DNA of 64,000 nt from Bacteroidaceae bacterium (GCA_963596085.1 CAVBLW010000037.1:20961-84960), one strand, 5' to 3'; positions 9,447 to 18,329 are shown, numbered from the stretch's first letter. Notes: generated by a model not told the origin, from the letters alone. Program-made: numbers and translations.

Positions 9447-10238
9447 ATGAGAAAGAAATTAACGGTTGCCAATATCATAACGGCTATAGCTTTGATTGTG
9501 ATTTTACTCTCTATTTTCTTAATTATTCCGGTTTCTTTTTCCGCAAGTACCTATATAACATTTCCAATCACTGAATTTTCATGTCGTTGGTATGAAGATT
9601 TATTTACGGATCCTGAATGGGCGATGGCATTTAAAAATTCAATGTGGATTGCCATATGGACAACGATTTTATCCTTAGTCTTTGGCATGATGATTTCTTT
9701 AGGCTTACGTGAAATTAAAGGAAAACTTCAAAGTATTTTCTATGAATATTATCGTTTACCGCAATCGGTTCCAATTATTGTGAGTGCAATCGCATTATAT
9801 TCTTTGCTTTCAAGAATGCACTTAGCCGGAACTTATACAGGTTTAATTATTTGTCATACCATGGTTGCGATTCCGTTTGTTGTGAGTTCTATTTCAAGTG
9901 GTTTAAGCAAAATTGGAAATGATTATGAAATGGCTGCAAGGAATTTAGGGGCTGGTCGACTACAAGCCTTTATTGATGTCGTTTTGCCTATTTTATTTCC
10001 TTCCATTGGATCGGCTTCGTTATTTGCCTTTATGACCTCTTTTGATGAAATTGCTATTACACTTTTTGTGGTTAATCCAAATGTCATGACTATTCCAATG
10101 AAAATGTATGATGGAATCAATCAATCCATCAAACCAACCTTAGCTGCTTTATCCGCCATTATTGTTTGTATCGTAGCTTTTGGTTTTATTCTTAGTGGTA
10201 TCGTCCAGCTTCATTTACAAAAGAAGCGTTCGGCTTAG
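9447..10238 (+). CDS. ABC transporter permease (PotC-like)
   Basis: Six-TM permease with EAA-type loop (EMAARNLGAGRLQAF). Immediately follows the first permease. Confidence 0.85.
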   Translation: MRKKLTVANIITAIALIVILLSIFLIIPVSFSASTYITFPITEFSCRWYEDLFTDPEWAMAFKNSMWIAIWTTILSLVFGMMISLGLREIKGKLQSIFYEYYRLPQSVPIIVSAIALYSLLSRMHLAGTYTGLIICHTMVAIPFVVSSISSGLSKIGNDYEMAARNLGAGRLQAFIDVVLPILFPSIGSASLFAFMTSFDEIAITLFVVNPNVMTIPMKMYDGINQSIKPTLAALSAIIVCIVAFGFILSGIVQLHLQKKRSA

Positions 10239-10261
10239 TTGATACAAAAGAAGGGAGGAGT

Positions 10262-11119
10262 ATGATGAATACTTTTGTAAACAACGCCTATGGGACATTA
10301 AAAAAAGTCTTATTATGTCCGGCTGATTTTTATCAGATTGAGCCTATCAATGGAATTTCAAAAAAATGGATGAGCGAAGGGTATCAAATGGATTATGAGC
10401 TGTGTAAAAAACAACATCAAGCATTGGTTCAAGCTTATCAAGACAATGGGGTTGAAGTTGAATTAATCGAAGCAAATGAAGGTTTGACTTATCAAATCTT
10501 TGCTCGTGATTTTGGAATTTGTGTAAAAGAAGGAGTTGTTTTAGGGCATTTTAAAGAACCATGTCGTCAAAAAGAAACCGCACTTTATGAACAAAAATTA
10601 AAAGAATTAGGAATTCCGATTGTTGCACGTTGTACCAATGGTTGCTTCGAAGGAGGAGACTTTTGTTTCTTAGATGAAAATACTTTGTTGATGGGAATTA
10701 TTGATCGTACAGATTTGGCTGGATTTGAAAGTGTCAAAGCACAATTAAGTGATTTGGGTTATGAAATGAGTCCAATCTATGTGGATCGTAAGTATTTACA
10801 TATTGATATTATTATCAATATTATTGCCAAAGATACAGTAATCATTTGTCCTGAATTATTGCCAGATGGTATTGTACAACGTTTTAAACGAAGAAATTTT
10901 AAAATGATTGAAATCACGAAGGAAGAAGTCTTAGAATATGCAGCCAATATTCAAGGTTTAGGGAATGGCAAAGTGATTTCAGCTTGTACCAATACGAAAA
11001 CCAATCAAAGAATGCGTGATTTAGGCTTAGAAGTAATTGAAGTTGATATTAGTGAAATTGTTAAAGGCGGTGGAGGAATTCATTGTATGACCTTCCCACT
11101 AATCAGAGAAGAGAAATAG
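10262..11119 (+). CDS. DDAH-like amidinohydrolase (guanidino-group-modifying enzyme superfamily), paralog 2
   Basis: Same motif set as 5197-6048 (FARDFG, FEGGDF, YLHIDI, GGGGIHCMT). Roughly half of aligned residues look identical by eye. Confidence 0.75.
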   Translation: MMNTFVNNAYGTLKKVLLCPADFYQIEPINGISKKWMSEGYQMDYELCKKQHQALVQAYQDNGVEVELIEANEGLTYQIFARDFGICVKEGVVLGHFKEPCRQKETALYEQKLKELGIPIVARCTNGCFEGGDFCFLDENTLLMGIIDRTDLAGFESVKAQLSDLGYEMSPIYVDRKYLHIDIIINIIAKDTVIICPELLPDGIVQRFKRRNFKMIEITKEEVLEYAANIQGLGNGKVISACTNTKTNQRMRDLGLEVIEVDISEIVKGGGGIHCMTFPLIREEK

Positions 11120-11129
11120 GAGAATGCGT

Positions 11130-12170
11130 ATGAATAAAATTTTCAAAAGAAGTTTAGGAATTGCGATGGCATCGGTTTTAAGTTTTTCATTAGCTGCATG
11201 TGGATCAAGTAGTGATGGAAAAGAAGAATTGGTTATTTGTACTTGGGGTGGAGCTCTTGAAGATGGAATAAAACAAGCTGCAAAGGGTTTTGAAAAGAAA
11301 TACAATTGTAAAATTACCTGGGATAGTTATACAGATTATTCTAAGATTCAAACAATGGTTGATAATGGAAATGTTTATTGGGATGTGGCTACACTTGATT
11401 CTTATTGGACCTATGCAGGGGCTGATTATCTAGAAGATATTGATTATGACATTGTCGATAAAACGGGTATTGAAGATTATACTTCAGAAAAAGGGGTTGG
11501 CTCTTATACTTTTGCCACAACGATTGCTTATGATAGTTCAAAATATGATAGTGAAACCTGTCCACAAACTTGGGCTGATTTATTTGATACAACAAAATTT
11601 ACAGGTAAAAGAACCTTCCATAAAGATCCAGTTCATTTGTTTGAAGAAGCTTTATTAGCGGATGGTGTTTCACCAGAAGAATTATATCCAATTGATATTG
11701 ATCGAGCACTGAGTAAATTAAGTACGATTAAAAATGATGTCAGTGTTTGGTGGGAATCGGGATCAGAACCAGCACAATTATTATCTTCGAAAGAAGTAGA
11801 ATTAGCAGCTGCATGGTCAGGACGTATTCAAGATGCCAAAGAAGAAGGGGAAGAAGTTGATACAAACTATAATCAAGCTTTATGTATTACAGATAATTGG
11901 GGTGTTATTAAAGGAACAGAGCATAAAGATTTAGCAATGGAATTCATTAACTATGTAACACGACCAAAAGCACAAGCACGTTTTTCACAAAGCGTATCGT
12001 ATGGACCAGTGAATCAAGAAGCTTATAACTACTTAGATGAAGAAACGATTAAAAAGATTCCTTCAAGTGAATATTATGCCGATCAAGTGGTATGGTTCAA
12101 CCCAGAATGGTGGGCAACAAACTATGACCAAGCCAATGAGAAATTCCAAGAATGGTTATTAGATGATTAA
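11130..12170 (+). CDS. ABC transporter substrate-binding lipoprotein (PotD/extracellular solute-binding family 1)
   Basis: Signal peptide with lipobox LAAC-GSSS, PotD-like length and composition. Last transport gene of the operon. Confidence 0.8.
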   Translation: MNKIFKRSLGIAMASVLSFSLAACGSSSDGKEELVICTWGGALEDGIKQAAKGFEKKYNCKITWDSYTDYSKIQTMVDNGNVYWDVATLDSYWTYAGADYLEDIDYDIVDKTGIEDYTSEKGVGSYTFATTIAYDSSKYDSETCPQTWADLFDTTKFTGKRTFHKDPVHLFEEALLADGVSPEELYPIDIDRALSKLSTIKNDVSVWWESGSEPAQLLSSKEVELAAAWSGRIQDAKEEGEEVDTNYNQALCITDNWGVIKGTEHKDLAMEFINYVTRPKAQARFSQSVSYGPVNQEAYNYLDEETIKKIPSSEYYADQVVWFNPEWWATNYDQANEKFQEWLLDD

Positions 12171-12175
12171 GAATG

Positions 12176-12202
12176 ATCCGTGGCTTAGTCCACGGATTTT
12201 TT
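12176..12202 (+). terminator. intrinsic terminator or attenuator after the binding-protein gene
   Basis: ATCCGTGG-cttagt-CCACGGAT followed by TTTTT. Confidence 0.65.
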
Positions 12203-12215
12203 AGGAGGAAAAAAG

Positions 12216-13481
12216 ATGTATACATGTGATTTAGAACGAATGAAAGATTTAATTCAAACCTTTTCACAATTTGGAGCGACTGGAAAAGGAGGAATTACGC
12301 GTTATTCATTATCTCAAGAAGCTTTGCAAGCACGAAATGAATTTGTGAAACGAATGGAAGCGATTGGAGCCATCATTGAAACCGATGATATTGCCAATGT
12401 CTATGCAACCTTACCAGGAAGTGATGAAAAAGCGAAACGAATTGCGATGGGATCGCATGCGGATTCAGTTATGAATGGTGGAAATTATGATGGAATCTTA
12501 GGCGTAATGAGTGCTATGGAAGTTTTAGAAACCATTCAAAGTCAAAAGATTGAACATAAGCATCCCATTACGGCAATGATTTGGACCAATGAAGAAGGTT
12601 CATTGTATGAGCCTTGTATGATGTCGAGTGGAATTATTTGTAAGGATTATTTACCAAAAGTCGTTGGTTCAAAATATGCTTATGACGATATGATGCATTC
12701 AATGGATATGCTTGAAGGAAAACAAAGCTTCGGACAAGCAATTGAAAAATCAGGCTATAAAGGAAAAAAAGAAAAGCGGATTTCACCAGAAAATTATTGT
12801 GCTATGTTTGAAACCCATATTGAACAAGGACCAATTCTAGAAAATCATCAAAAAGATGTTGGCGTTGTCGATTGTGTATTAGGTATGTTCAATTACCATT
12901 TAAAATTTTATGGACAAACGACACATGCTGGAACCTTTCCAATGAAGCAAAGAAAAGATGCTTTTTTAGCCGCGAGTCACGCTTTATTGGAATTGCATAA
13001 GCGTATTGATTCTTTAGGTTATGAAGATCTAGTTTATACAACAGGAGAAGTTACTTGTCATCCAAATTTACATACTTGTGTTCCTGATTATTTTGAATTC
13101 TGTATTGATGTTCGTCATGAAAGCAAGGAAGTAAGAGATACGGTTTTAAAAATTGTAAAACGTTTTGAAGATGAAAATTGGAATGGTTGTACTTGTCATG
13201 TACAAAAAGCATGGGAAAGAGAAACGGTTTATTTTGACCAAACGTTGCGTCAATATGTGAAGGAAAGTGCCGATGAGTTAAAAGCAAATTATGAAATAAT
13301 TCATTCAGGAGCTGGCCATGATGCGCAATTTTGTGCCTATATGCTTCCAACCACAATGATTTTTGTGCAATCAAAAAAAGGACTATCACATTGTGAACAA
13401 GAATATTCTACACCAGAACATTGTACAGAAGGTGCATCTATCATGTTGAATGCCGTACTAAAAGCCGATCAAGAACTTTAA
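12216..13481 (+). CDS. M20-family Zn-dependent amidase (allantoate amidohydrolase / N-carbamoyl-L-amino-acid hydrolase / ureidopropionase family)
   Basis: Family pattern GGITRYSLS...GSHADSVMNGGNYDGILGV...WTNEEGS...THAG...SGAGHDA, about 420 aa. Confidence 0.8.
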   Translation: MYTCDLERMKDLIQTFSQFGATGKGGITRYSLSQEALQARNEFVKRMEAIGAIIETDDIANVYATLPGSDEKAKRIAMGSHADSVMNGGNYDGILGVMSAMEVLETIQSQKIEHKHPITAMIWTNEEGSLYEPCMMSSGIICKDYLPKVVGSKYAYDDMMHSMDMLEGKQSFGQAIEKSGYKGKKEKRISPENYCAMFETHIEQGPILENHQKDVGVVDCVLGMFNYHLKFYGQTTHAGTFPMKQRKDAFLAASHALLELHKRIDSLGYEDLVYTTGEVTCHPNLHTCVPDYFEFCIDVRHESKEVRDTVLKIVKRFEDENWNGCTCHVQKAWERETVYFDQTLRQYVKESADELKANYEIIHSGAGHDAQFCAYMLPTTMIFVQSKKGLSHCEQEYSTPEHCTEGASIMLNAVLKADQEL

Positions 13482-13504
13482 AAAAGGAGCTTAGGCTCCT
13501 TTTA
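13481..13504. terminator. bidirectional intrinsic terminator
   Basis: AAAAAGGAGC-ttag-GCTCCTTTT between convergent genes. Confidence 0.7.
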
Positions 13505-13918
13505 ATATTCGTCTTCCATTGCATCATCCACTCCATCGGCATAGGAAGAATCCCAATCATAACGATCTTGATCATAGTCCCCATTTTCATAATAGTCATC
13601 ATATCCCTCATCATAAGAATTGGAAGAAGATGAAGAATAAGAGGCATGATTTGATGAAGATGAATGGGAAGAAGATTGAGTTTTTGGGTTATAGTTTGAA
13701 TGATAAGAAGAACTACTTGATTGCATATTTAAAACAATGGCAAAAAAAGCAAAGGTAATTAAAAAACATTTGATAAAAAGAAATTTTTGGTGATTGCTTA
13801 ATTCGGTTTTTTCTTCCTCTGTATGGTTTCCAGAGGTTTTGATTGTAAAAATAATAAGAAACAAAATAAATCCAAAAATAAAGGCCATAATCCCTATTTC
13901 CAATAAGTTAAAAATCAT
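13502..13918 (-). CDS. hypothetical small membrane protein with Ser-rich and Asp/Tyr-rich low-complexity tail
   Basis: Two predicted TM segments, then SSSSSYHSNYNPKTQSSSHSSSSNHASYSSSSSNSYDEGYDDYYENGDYDQDRYDWD. GAAGG lies 6-7 nt upstream of the ATG. Other-frame ORFs here are low-complexity artefacts. Confidence 0.55.
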   Translation of the reverse strand: MIFNLLEIGIMAFIFGFILFLIIFTIKTSGNHTEEEKTELSNHQKFLFIKCFLITFAFFAIVLNMQSSSSSYHSNYNPKTQSSSHSSSSNHASYSSSSSNSYDEGYDDYYENGDYDQDRYDWDSSYADGVDDAMEDEY

Positions 13919-13980
13919 ACACTACCTTCTCTCTCTTAATAATTATAATATTAAAGAGGAAGGTTGACTAGAGAACCTTA

Positions 13981-14117
13981 TTGCCTATTAATCGTGGTTT
14001 ATTGTTTCATCACCCGTGAACAGTAACCAGTAAAAATTATTTTTAAACTTTATGACATCGATAATGCCTATTTATATGCAATAGTTTTTATAGGTTTAGA
14101 GTAGGATTGCATGAAAG
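13981..14117 (+). repeat. direct repeat copy 1 (promoter/5' leader plus ATGAAAG)
   Basis: 13981-14101 matches 15146-15266 with a single mismatch (G at 14004 vs T at 15169) over 121 nt. Similarity continues through GGATTG(C/T)ATGAAAG. Confidence 0.9.
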
Positions 14118-14500
14118 AATGAATGAGTGTTAAAAAAAATTGACTAATGAACAAGCTCTAGTGATAGCTGGAATTAAAGATGATGTTGTAGTGGTATTGG
14201 ATCCATCAGATATATATCGTGTTTATGCATTTTCAGGAAAAAGCTTAAGCCGAAACGAATGCAGAAACTTATATCCTTCGTTTAAGATTATATGAAGTGG
14301 AACAACGATTCGATTTAAATCGCTTTGTTCGAATATTAAATTCAGAAATAATTTATCTGAAAAAAGTAAAACGATTTGATCTGTGTTTGACAGGAACTAT
14401 TTGTATTACTTTTTTTAATAGGACGGTTACATATGTACCAAGACAATTAGTTGTGAAAATTAAACATATTTTAGGAGTGTATGGTGATTATTATGAATAA
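14111..14500 (+). pseudogene. decayed LytTR-domain regulator (5'-truncated, with stop codons and a frameshift)
   Basis: Frame A reads ...KKLTNEQALVIAGIKDDVVVVLDPSDIYRVYAFSGK. After a shift near 14238-14250, frame B reads AETNAETYILRLRLYEVEQRFDLNRFVRILNSEIIYLKKVKRFDLCLTGTICITF..YVPRQLVVKIKHILG. This is the pattern of small LytTR proteins. Confidence 0.65.
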
Positions 14501-14948
14501 CAAATTTATTAAATATATATTTTTTGGCTTTCTTTTGGGTATATTCGGTGAATATATTATTGCATTAATTGTTTCAATCCATATTGGAGATGGATTATTT
14601 TATTTCGTTTTGCCTAAATTAGCAAAGTTATTAGGAAGTACAATCAATGCAAGTTTGATTCAAACGCTTTTTTGTGGAATTGTTGGTGTGGGATTGGCAT
14701 TAGTTCTTCTTATATGGGAATTAGATCCTCAATTGGTAAAGAGAAATATATGTGGATATATTACCTTTTGTATTATGAATTTGATGATTCATTTTTGTGT
14801 TCATAAAACAGCTTATTCAACAGGAAGATATTTGAGAATATTTATAACATCTTTAATTGTCTGGCCGGCTCTTGCGGGAATTATATATTTTACCTTAGGC
14901 CGTTCTTTAATTAAAATTGATTATAAGGTTGATGATATTAATGATTAG
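14481..14948 (+). CDS. DUF3021-like small membrane protein (usual partner of small LytTR regulators)
   Basis: About 150 aa with 4 TM segments. Overlaps the end of the LytTR relic as in intact LytTR/DUF3021 pairs. Alternative start ATG 14493. Confidence 0.55.
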   Translation: MVIIMNNKFIKYIFFGFLLGIFGEYIIALIVSIHIGDGLFYFVLPKLAKLLGSTINASLIQTLFCGIVGVGLALVLLIWELDPQLVKRNICGYITFCIMNLMIHFCVHKTAYSTGRYLRIFITSLIVWPALAGIIYFTLGRSLIKIDYKVDDIND

Positions 14949-14980
14949 AATGAGTTAGAGTAACTATGTAGTAAAATAGA

Positions 14981-15014
14981 GATAATTCAAAGGATAGTTG
15001 GATTATCTTTTTTT
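14981..15014 (+). terminator. intrinsic terminator
   Basis: GATAAT-15 nt-ATTATC followed by TTTTTTT. Confidence 0.5.
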
Positions 15015-15145
15015 CTGATCAATTGAGCAATCTTATCTTGAGGGTTACTTACAATCTTTTGTAAAAATAGGAAATCAATATTTATATTGAAGTAATCTAT
15101 AATATTGGAATTGGATTGTTTTTTTCTATAGGCAAACCAAAAAGC

Positions 15146-15285
15146 TTGCCTATTAATCGTGGTTTATTTTTTCATCACCCGTGAACAGTAACCAGTAAAA
15201 ATTATTTTTAAACTTTATGACATCGATAATGCCTATTTATATGCAATAGTTTTTATAGGTTTAGAGAGAGGGGATTGTATGAAAG
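15146..15285 (+). repeat. direct repeat copy 2 (promoter/5' leader plus start codon of ORF 15279)
   Basis: See copy 1. This copy runs into the intact ORF starting ATGAAAG at 15279. Confidence 0.9.
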
Positions 15286-16256
15286 TTTATGTGAAGGTGA
15301 AAAAGGATTCTAGTTCGGACTTGCTTCTAGGGGAATGTATTGATTATCAAAAGGCTCTTTTGGCTTTTAATCAATCTGGTTTTGAAATTGTTCCTTATTT
15401 TTCTTACTTTGATATTTGTAGAGAGTTAACTAGAGAAGATATTTTAATTGATGATAGAAAGTATCAAATAAGAGTCTTAAAAAGATTTGGTGTTGCAAAT
15501 CCAGAAATGGATAAACATCCAGCTTGTCTAAAAGCCTTTTTTGAAGATGATTTAGAGTCAATTGAATGGGTTTCGAAATGGCGTTGTTATATTTGCTATG
15601 ATGAAATTATTGGCATTTCTTTTCTTAAAGGAGATTGGCACGGTATTTATGATTCGAAGATCGTTGATCAAATTTTAGAGTCATTTAAAAGTTGGAATCA
15701 ACGACCTATGGCTTGTGCGATTGATTTTGTGATGACAAATGAAGGGAAGACAATTTTAATTGAGTGTAAAGATGTATTTGAAATAGAATCAAATGATTTG
15801 AGTAATTTTAAATATGCAAGATTTCTTAGTGCAAGGTGGTCTCAATGCTTGTATCGTCAAGATCCTTTGTGTCCGGAACAAAAATTTATATTAAAAAGTT
15901 ATGGATATAAACATTTTGTCAGTAATCAAGAAAGAATTGTGAAAGGAGGAGCTACAGACTATTTGGAATTTTATCCGGGAGTTCAAGAAGAAGATGAAGT
16001 CTCTTTTTGGAATGATGATTCTTTATTGATTAATGAAGATATTTTTGATGAAATCGGTCTAGGCGCTTTCTTTGATCAAAACTTAAAAGATTTTGATTTT
16101 TATGGGATTACATACGTTTCTTTAAAAGAATGGGAGTCACTTTTTTCAAAAGTTGAAAATGAAAGTGAAAAAGTCCAAGAAGGAATGAAAGAATTAGCAG
16201 ATTGGTTAAAGGGTGTATTTAAAGAGCAACCTGGATTTACAATTCTTGGTTTATAA
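15279..16256 (+). CDS. hypothetical protein; N-terminal half resembles a shortened ATP-grasp (R2K/DUF4343-like) fold, C-terminal about 130 aa unrecognised
   Basis: Stretch IEWVSKWRCYICYDEIIGISFLKGDW...ACAIDFVMTNEGKTILIECKDVFEIES...ARWSQ resembles the C-terminal half of DUF4343 ATP-grasp proteins. The segment that normally carries the ATP-binding Lys appears absent. Confidence 0.35.
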   Translation: MKVYVKVKKDSSSDLLLGECIDYQKALLAFNQSGFEIVPYFSYFDICRELTREDILIDDRKYQIRVLKRFGVANPEMDKHPACLKAFFEDDLESIEWVSKWRCYICYDEIIGISFLKGDWHGIYDSKIVDQILESFKSWNQRPMACAIDFVMTNEGKTILIECKDVFEIESNDLSNFKYARFLSARWSQCLYRQDPLCPEQKFILKSYGYKHFVSNQERIVKGGATDYLEFYPGVQEEDEVSFWNDDSLLINEDIFDEIGLGAFFDQNLKDFDFYGITYVSLKEWESLFSKVENESEKVQEGMKELADWLKGVFKEQPGFTILGL

Positions 16257-16283
16257 AAATAAGTTAGGGAATTTATGAATTCT

Positions 16284-17183
16284 CTAACTTTTTTTAGGTA
16301 TTTTATGAATAAATTCATCACAGATTTTAAGGTAAACATCGGAATAAATACTGTTTTTTTCCCAAATAAAATCAAAATCGTGTTGCATTTTGAAATCCTT
16401 TAAATGGATTTCTTTTAAACTTCCTTTTTCTAAATCTTTTTCTACTGCAATTTTATACATAAAGGAAATGCCACAATCTTTTTTTAATAAACGAATCAGG
16501 GCATGCATATTTTCAATTTGTGTATAATGTTGAAAATTTGAAATGGATAAATTATGGGCCTTTAAATTTTGTTCTAGAATGTTGCGAGTGCCAGATCCTT
16601 CTTCACGTAATAAAAGATGTTCTGAACATAAATCATGAAGATAAGAAGGACTTCCTCCATTGAATTGATGTGAATTCGCACAAAGCGCTATAAATTCTTC
16701 CGTTCGATATTTCTTATGGCTATAATCTTCCTTTGGATAATTTCCTTCAACAATTGCAAGTTGGATCGTTCCATGATTTAAAAGTTTCAATAACTCAGAG
16801 GTATTTCCATAATGGAGATGGATATTTAAATTAGGATGGTTTTTTATAAAAATGGCTAATTGATCAACAACGGCATATTCTCCAATGGTCATCGTAACAC
16901 CAATGGATATCGATTGAATCTTTGATTGACAAGATTTGATTTCATTTTTTATAAGTTCTTCATCATTTTTTAAAGTTAATAAATGTTTGTATAAGATTTC
17001 TCCAGAAGTAGTTAAAGATAATTGCTTATTCTGATAAGTAAATAGTTTTGTATCATATACTTCCTCCAAATAATGAATATGTTGCGAAACAGCAGGTTGT
17101 GAAATATGTAATTGTTTTGCAGCAAGTGTAAAGTTTAAAGTTTGACAAACCATTAAAAAGGTATGTGTACGAAAATCAAGCAT
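16284..17183 (-). CDS. LysR family transcriptional regulator
   Basis: N-terminal HTH LNFTLAAKQLHISQPAVSQHIHYLEEVY plus a LysR substrate-binding domain. Divergent from a YeiH-type gene (classic YeiE/YeiH layout). Confidence 0.9.
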   Translation of the reverse strand: MLDFRTHTFLMVCQTLNFTLAAKQLHISQPAVSQHIHYLEEVYDTKLFTYQNKQLSLTTSGEILYKHLLTLKNDEELIKNEIKSCQSKIQSISIGVTMTIGEYAVVDQLAIFIKNHPNLNIHLHYGNTSELLKLLNHGTIQLAIVEGNYPKEDYSHKKYRTEEFIALCANSHQFNGGSPSYLHDLCSEHLLLREEGSGTRNILEQNLKAHNLSISNFQHYTQIENMHALIRLLKKDCGISFMYKIAVEKDLEKGSLKEIHLKDFKMQHDFDFIWEKNSIYSDVYLKICDEFIHKIPKKS

Positions 17184-17282
17184 AGAACCTCTCTATAAGA
17201 TAAAATAATCGTTCAATAGAATTATATAATTTTTACTTATTGATGTATAGACTTATAATAAATAAGAAAAGAGGTTTTAAAA

Positions 17283-18320
17283 ATGGAATTTATGAAGAAA
17301 AATGGATATGGAATTCTTTTATGTTTGGTAATCGCCATTCCATCTTATGTTTTAGGAAAACTTTTTCCAGTTATTGGAGGTGCAGTTATTTCAATCCTTG
17401 TTGGTATGGTTATTTCTTTATTTTATAAAAAGAAAGAGAAAACCAATCCAGGTATTAAATGGACATCTAAAGTTATTTTACAAACAGCCGTTGTTTTTTT
17501 AGGTTTTGGTATGAATTTAGGGGTTATCTTTCAAACAGGAAAGCAATCTCTACCAATTATTATTTGTACAATTACAACATCTTTGTTGATTGCATGGGCT
17601 TTAAGAAAAGTAATGCATGTACCAGAAAAGACTTCTATCTTAGTTGGTGTGGGATCTTCGATTTGTGGAGGATCTGCAATTGCAGCAACGGCACCTGTTA
17701 TTGATGCGGATGAAAATGAAGTAGCTCAATCGATTTCAGTTATTTTCTTTTTTAATGTATTGGCAGCGATATTCTTTCCGATTTTAGGACGTATGATGGG
17801 CTTTGATACCTTACATGGAGATGCTTTTGGAATCTTTGCGGGAACAGCAATTAATGATACGTCATCGGTAACAGCAGCAGCTTCAACTTGGGATAGTATG
17901 TGGAATCTTGGAAGTCAAACCTTAAATAAAGCAGTTACGGTTAAATTAACACGTACTTTAGCAATTATTCCAATCACGTTAGTTTTATCTTTATGGCGTG
18001 CTAAAAAGGCGAATAAAGAAGGACAAGAAGTGAATAAGTTTCAATTAAAGAAGGCTTTTCCTATGTTTATTTTATATTTTGTTTTAGCAGCTATCTTTAC
18101 AACTTTGGCACTCCAAATGGGAGTGGATGCAAAAATCTTTGCGCCTATGAAGGAACTATCTAAGTTTATGATTGTAATGGCTATGGCAGCCATTGGTTTA
18201 AATAGTAACCTAATTCAATTAATTAAAACGGGTGGTAAACCGATTCTTCTCGGTGCTTCTTGTTGGGTTGGTATAACGGTTGTTAGTCTAATTCTTCAAC
18301 ATGTCATGGGGATTTGGTAA
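17283..18320 (+). CDS. YeiH-family membrane protein (putative sulfate exporter family, UPF0324)
   Basis: About 345 aa polytopic protein with a [12 protein letters not shown] motif typical of YeiH. Paired with a divergent LysR gene. Confidence 0.8.
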   Translation: MEFMKKNGYGILLCLVIAIPSYVLGKLFPVIGGAVISILVGMVISLFYKKKEKTNPGIKWTSKVILQTAVVFLGFGMNLGVIFQTGKQSLPIIICTITTSLLIAWALRKVMHVPEKTSILVGVGSSICGGSAIAATAPVIDADENEVAQSISVIFFFNVLAAIFFPILGRMMGFDTLHGDAFGIFAGTAINDTSSVTAAASTWDSMWNLGSQTLNKAVTVKLTRTLAIIPITLVLSLWRAKKANKEGQEVNKFQLKKAFPMFILYFVLAAIFTTLALQMGVDAKIFAPMKELSKFMIVMAMAAIGLNSNLIQLIKTGGKPILLGASCWVGITVVSLILQHVMGIW

Positions 18321-18329
18321 AAATGAAAA

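Noticed and set aside
13421-13758. Three additional overlapping ORFs (13421-13633 +, 13441-13647 -, 13519-13758 +) over the Ser/Asp/Tyr-rich region.
   Set aside because: The low-complexity repeat keeps several frames open. Only the 13502-13918 minus-strand frame has TM helices, an SD and a terminator.
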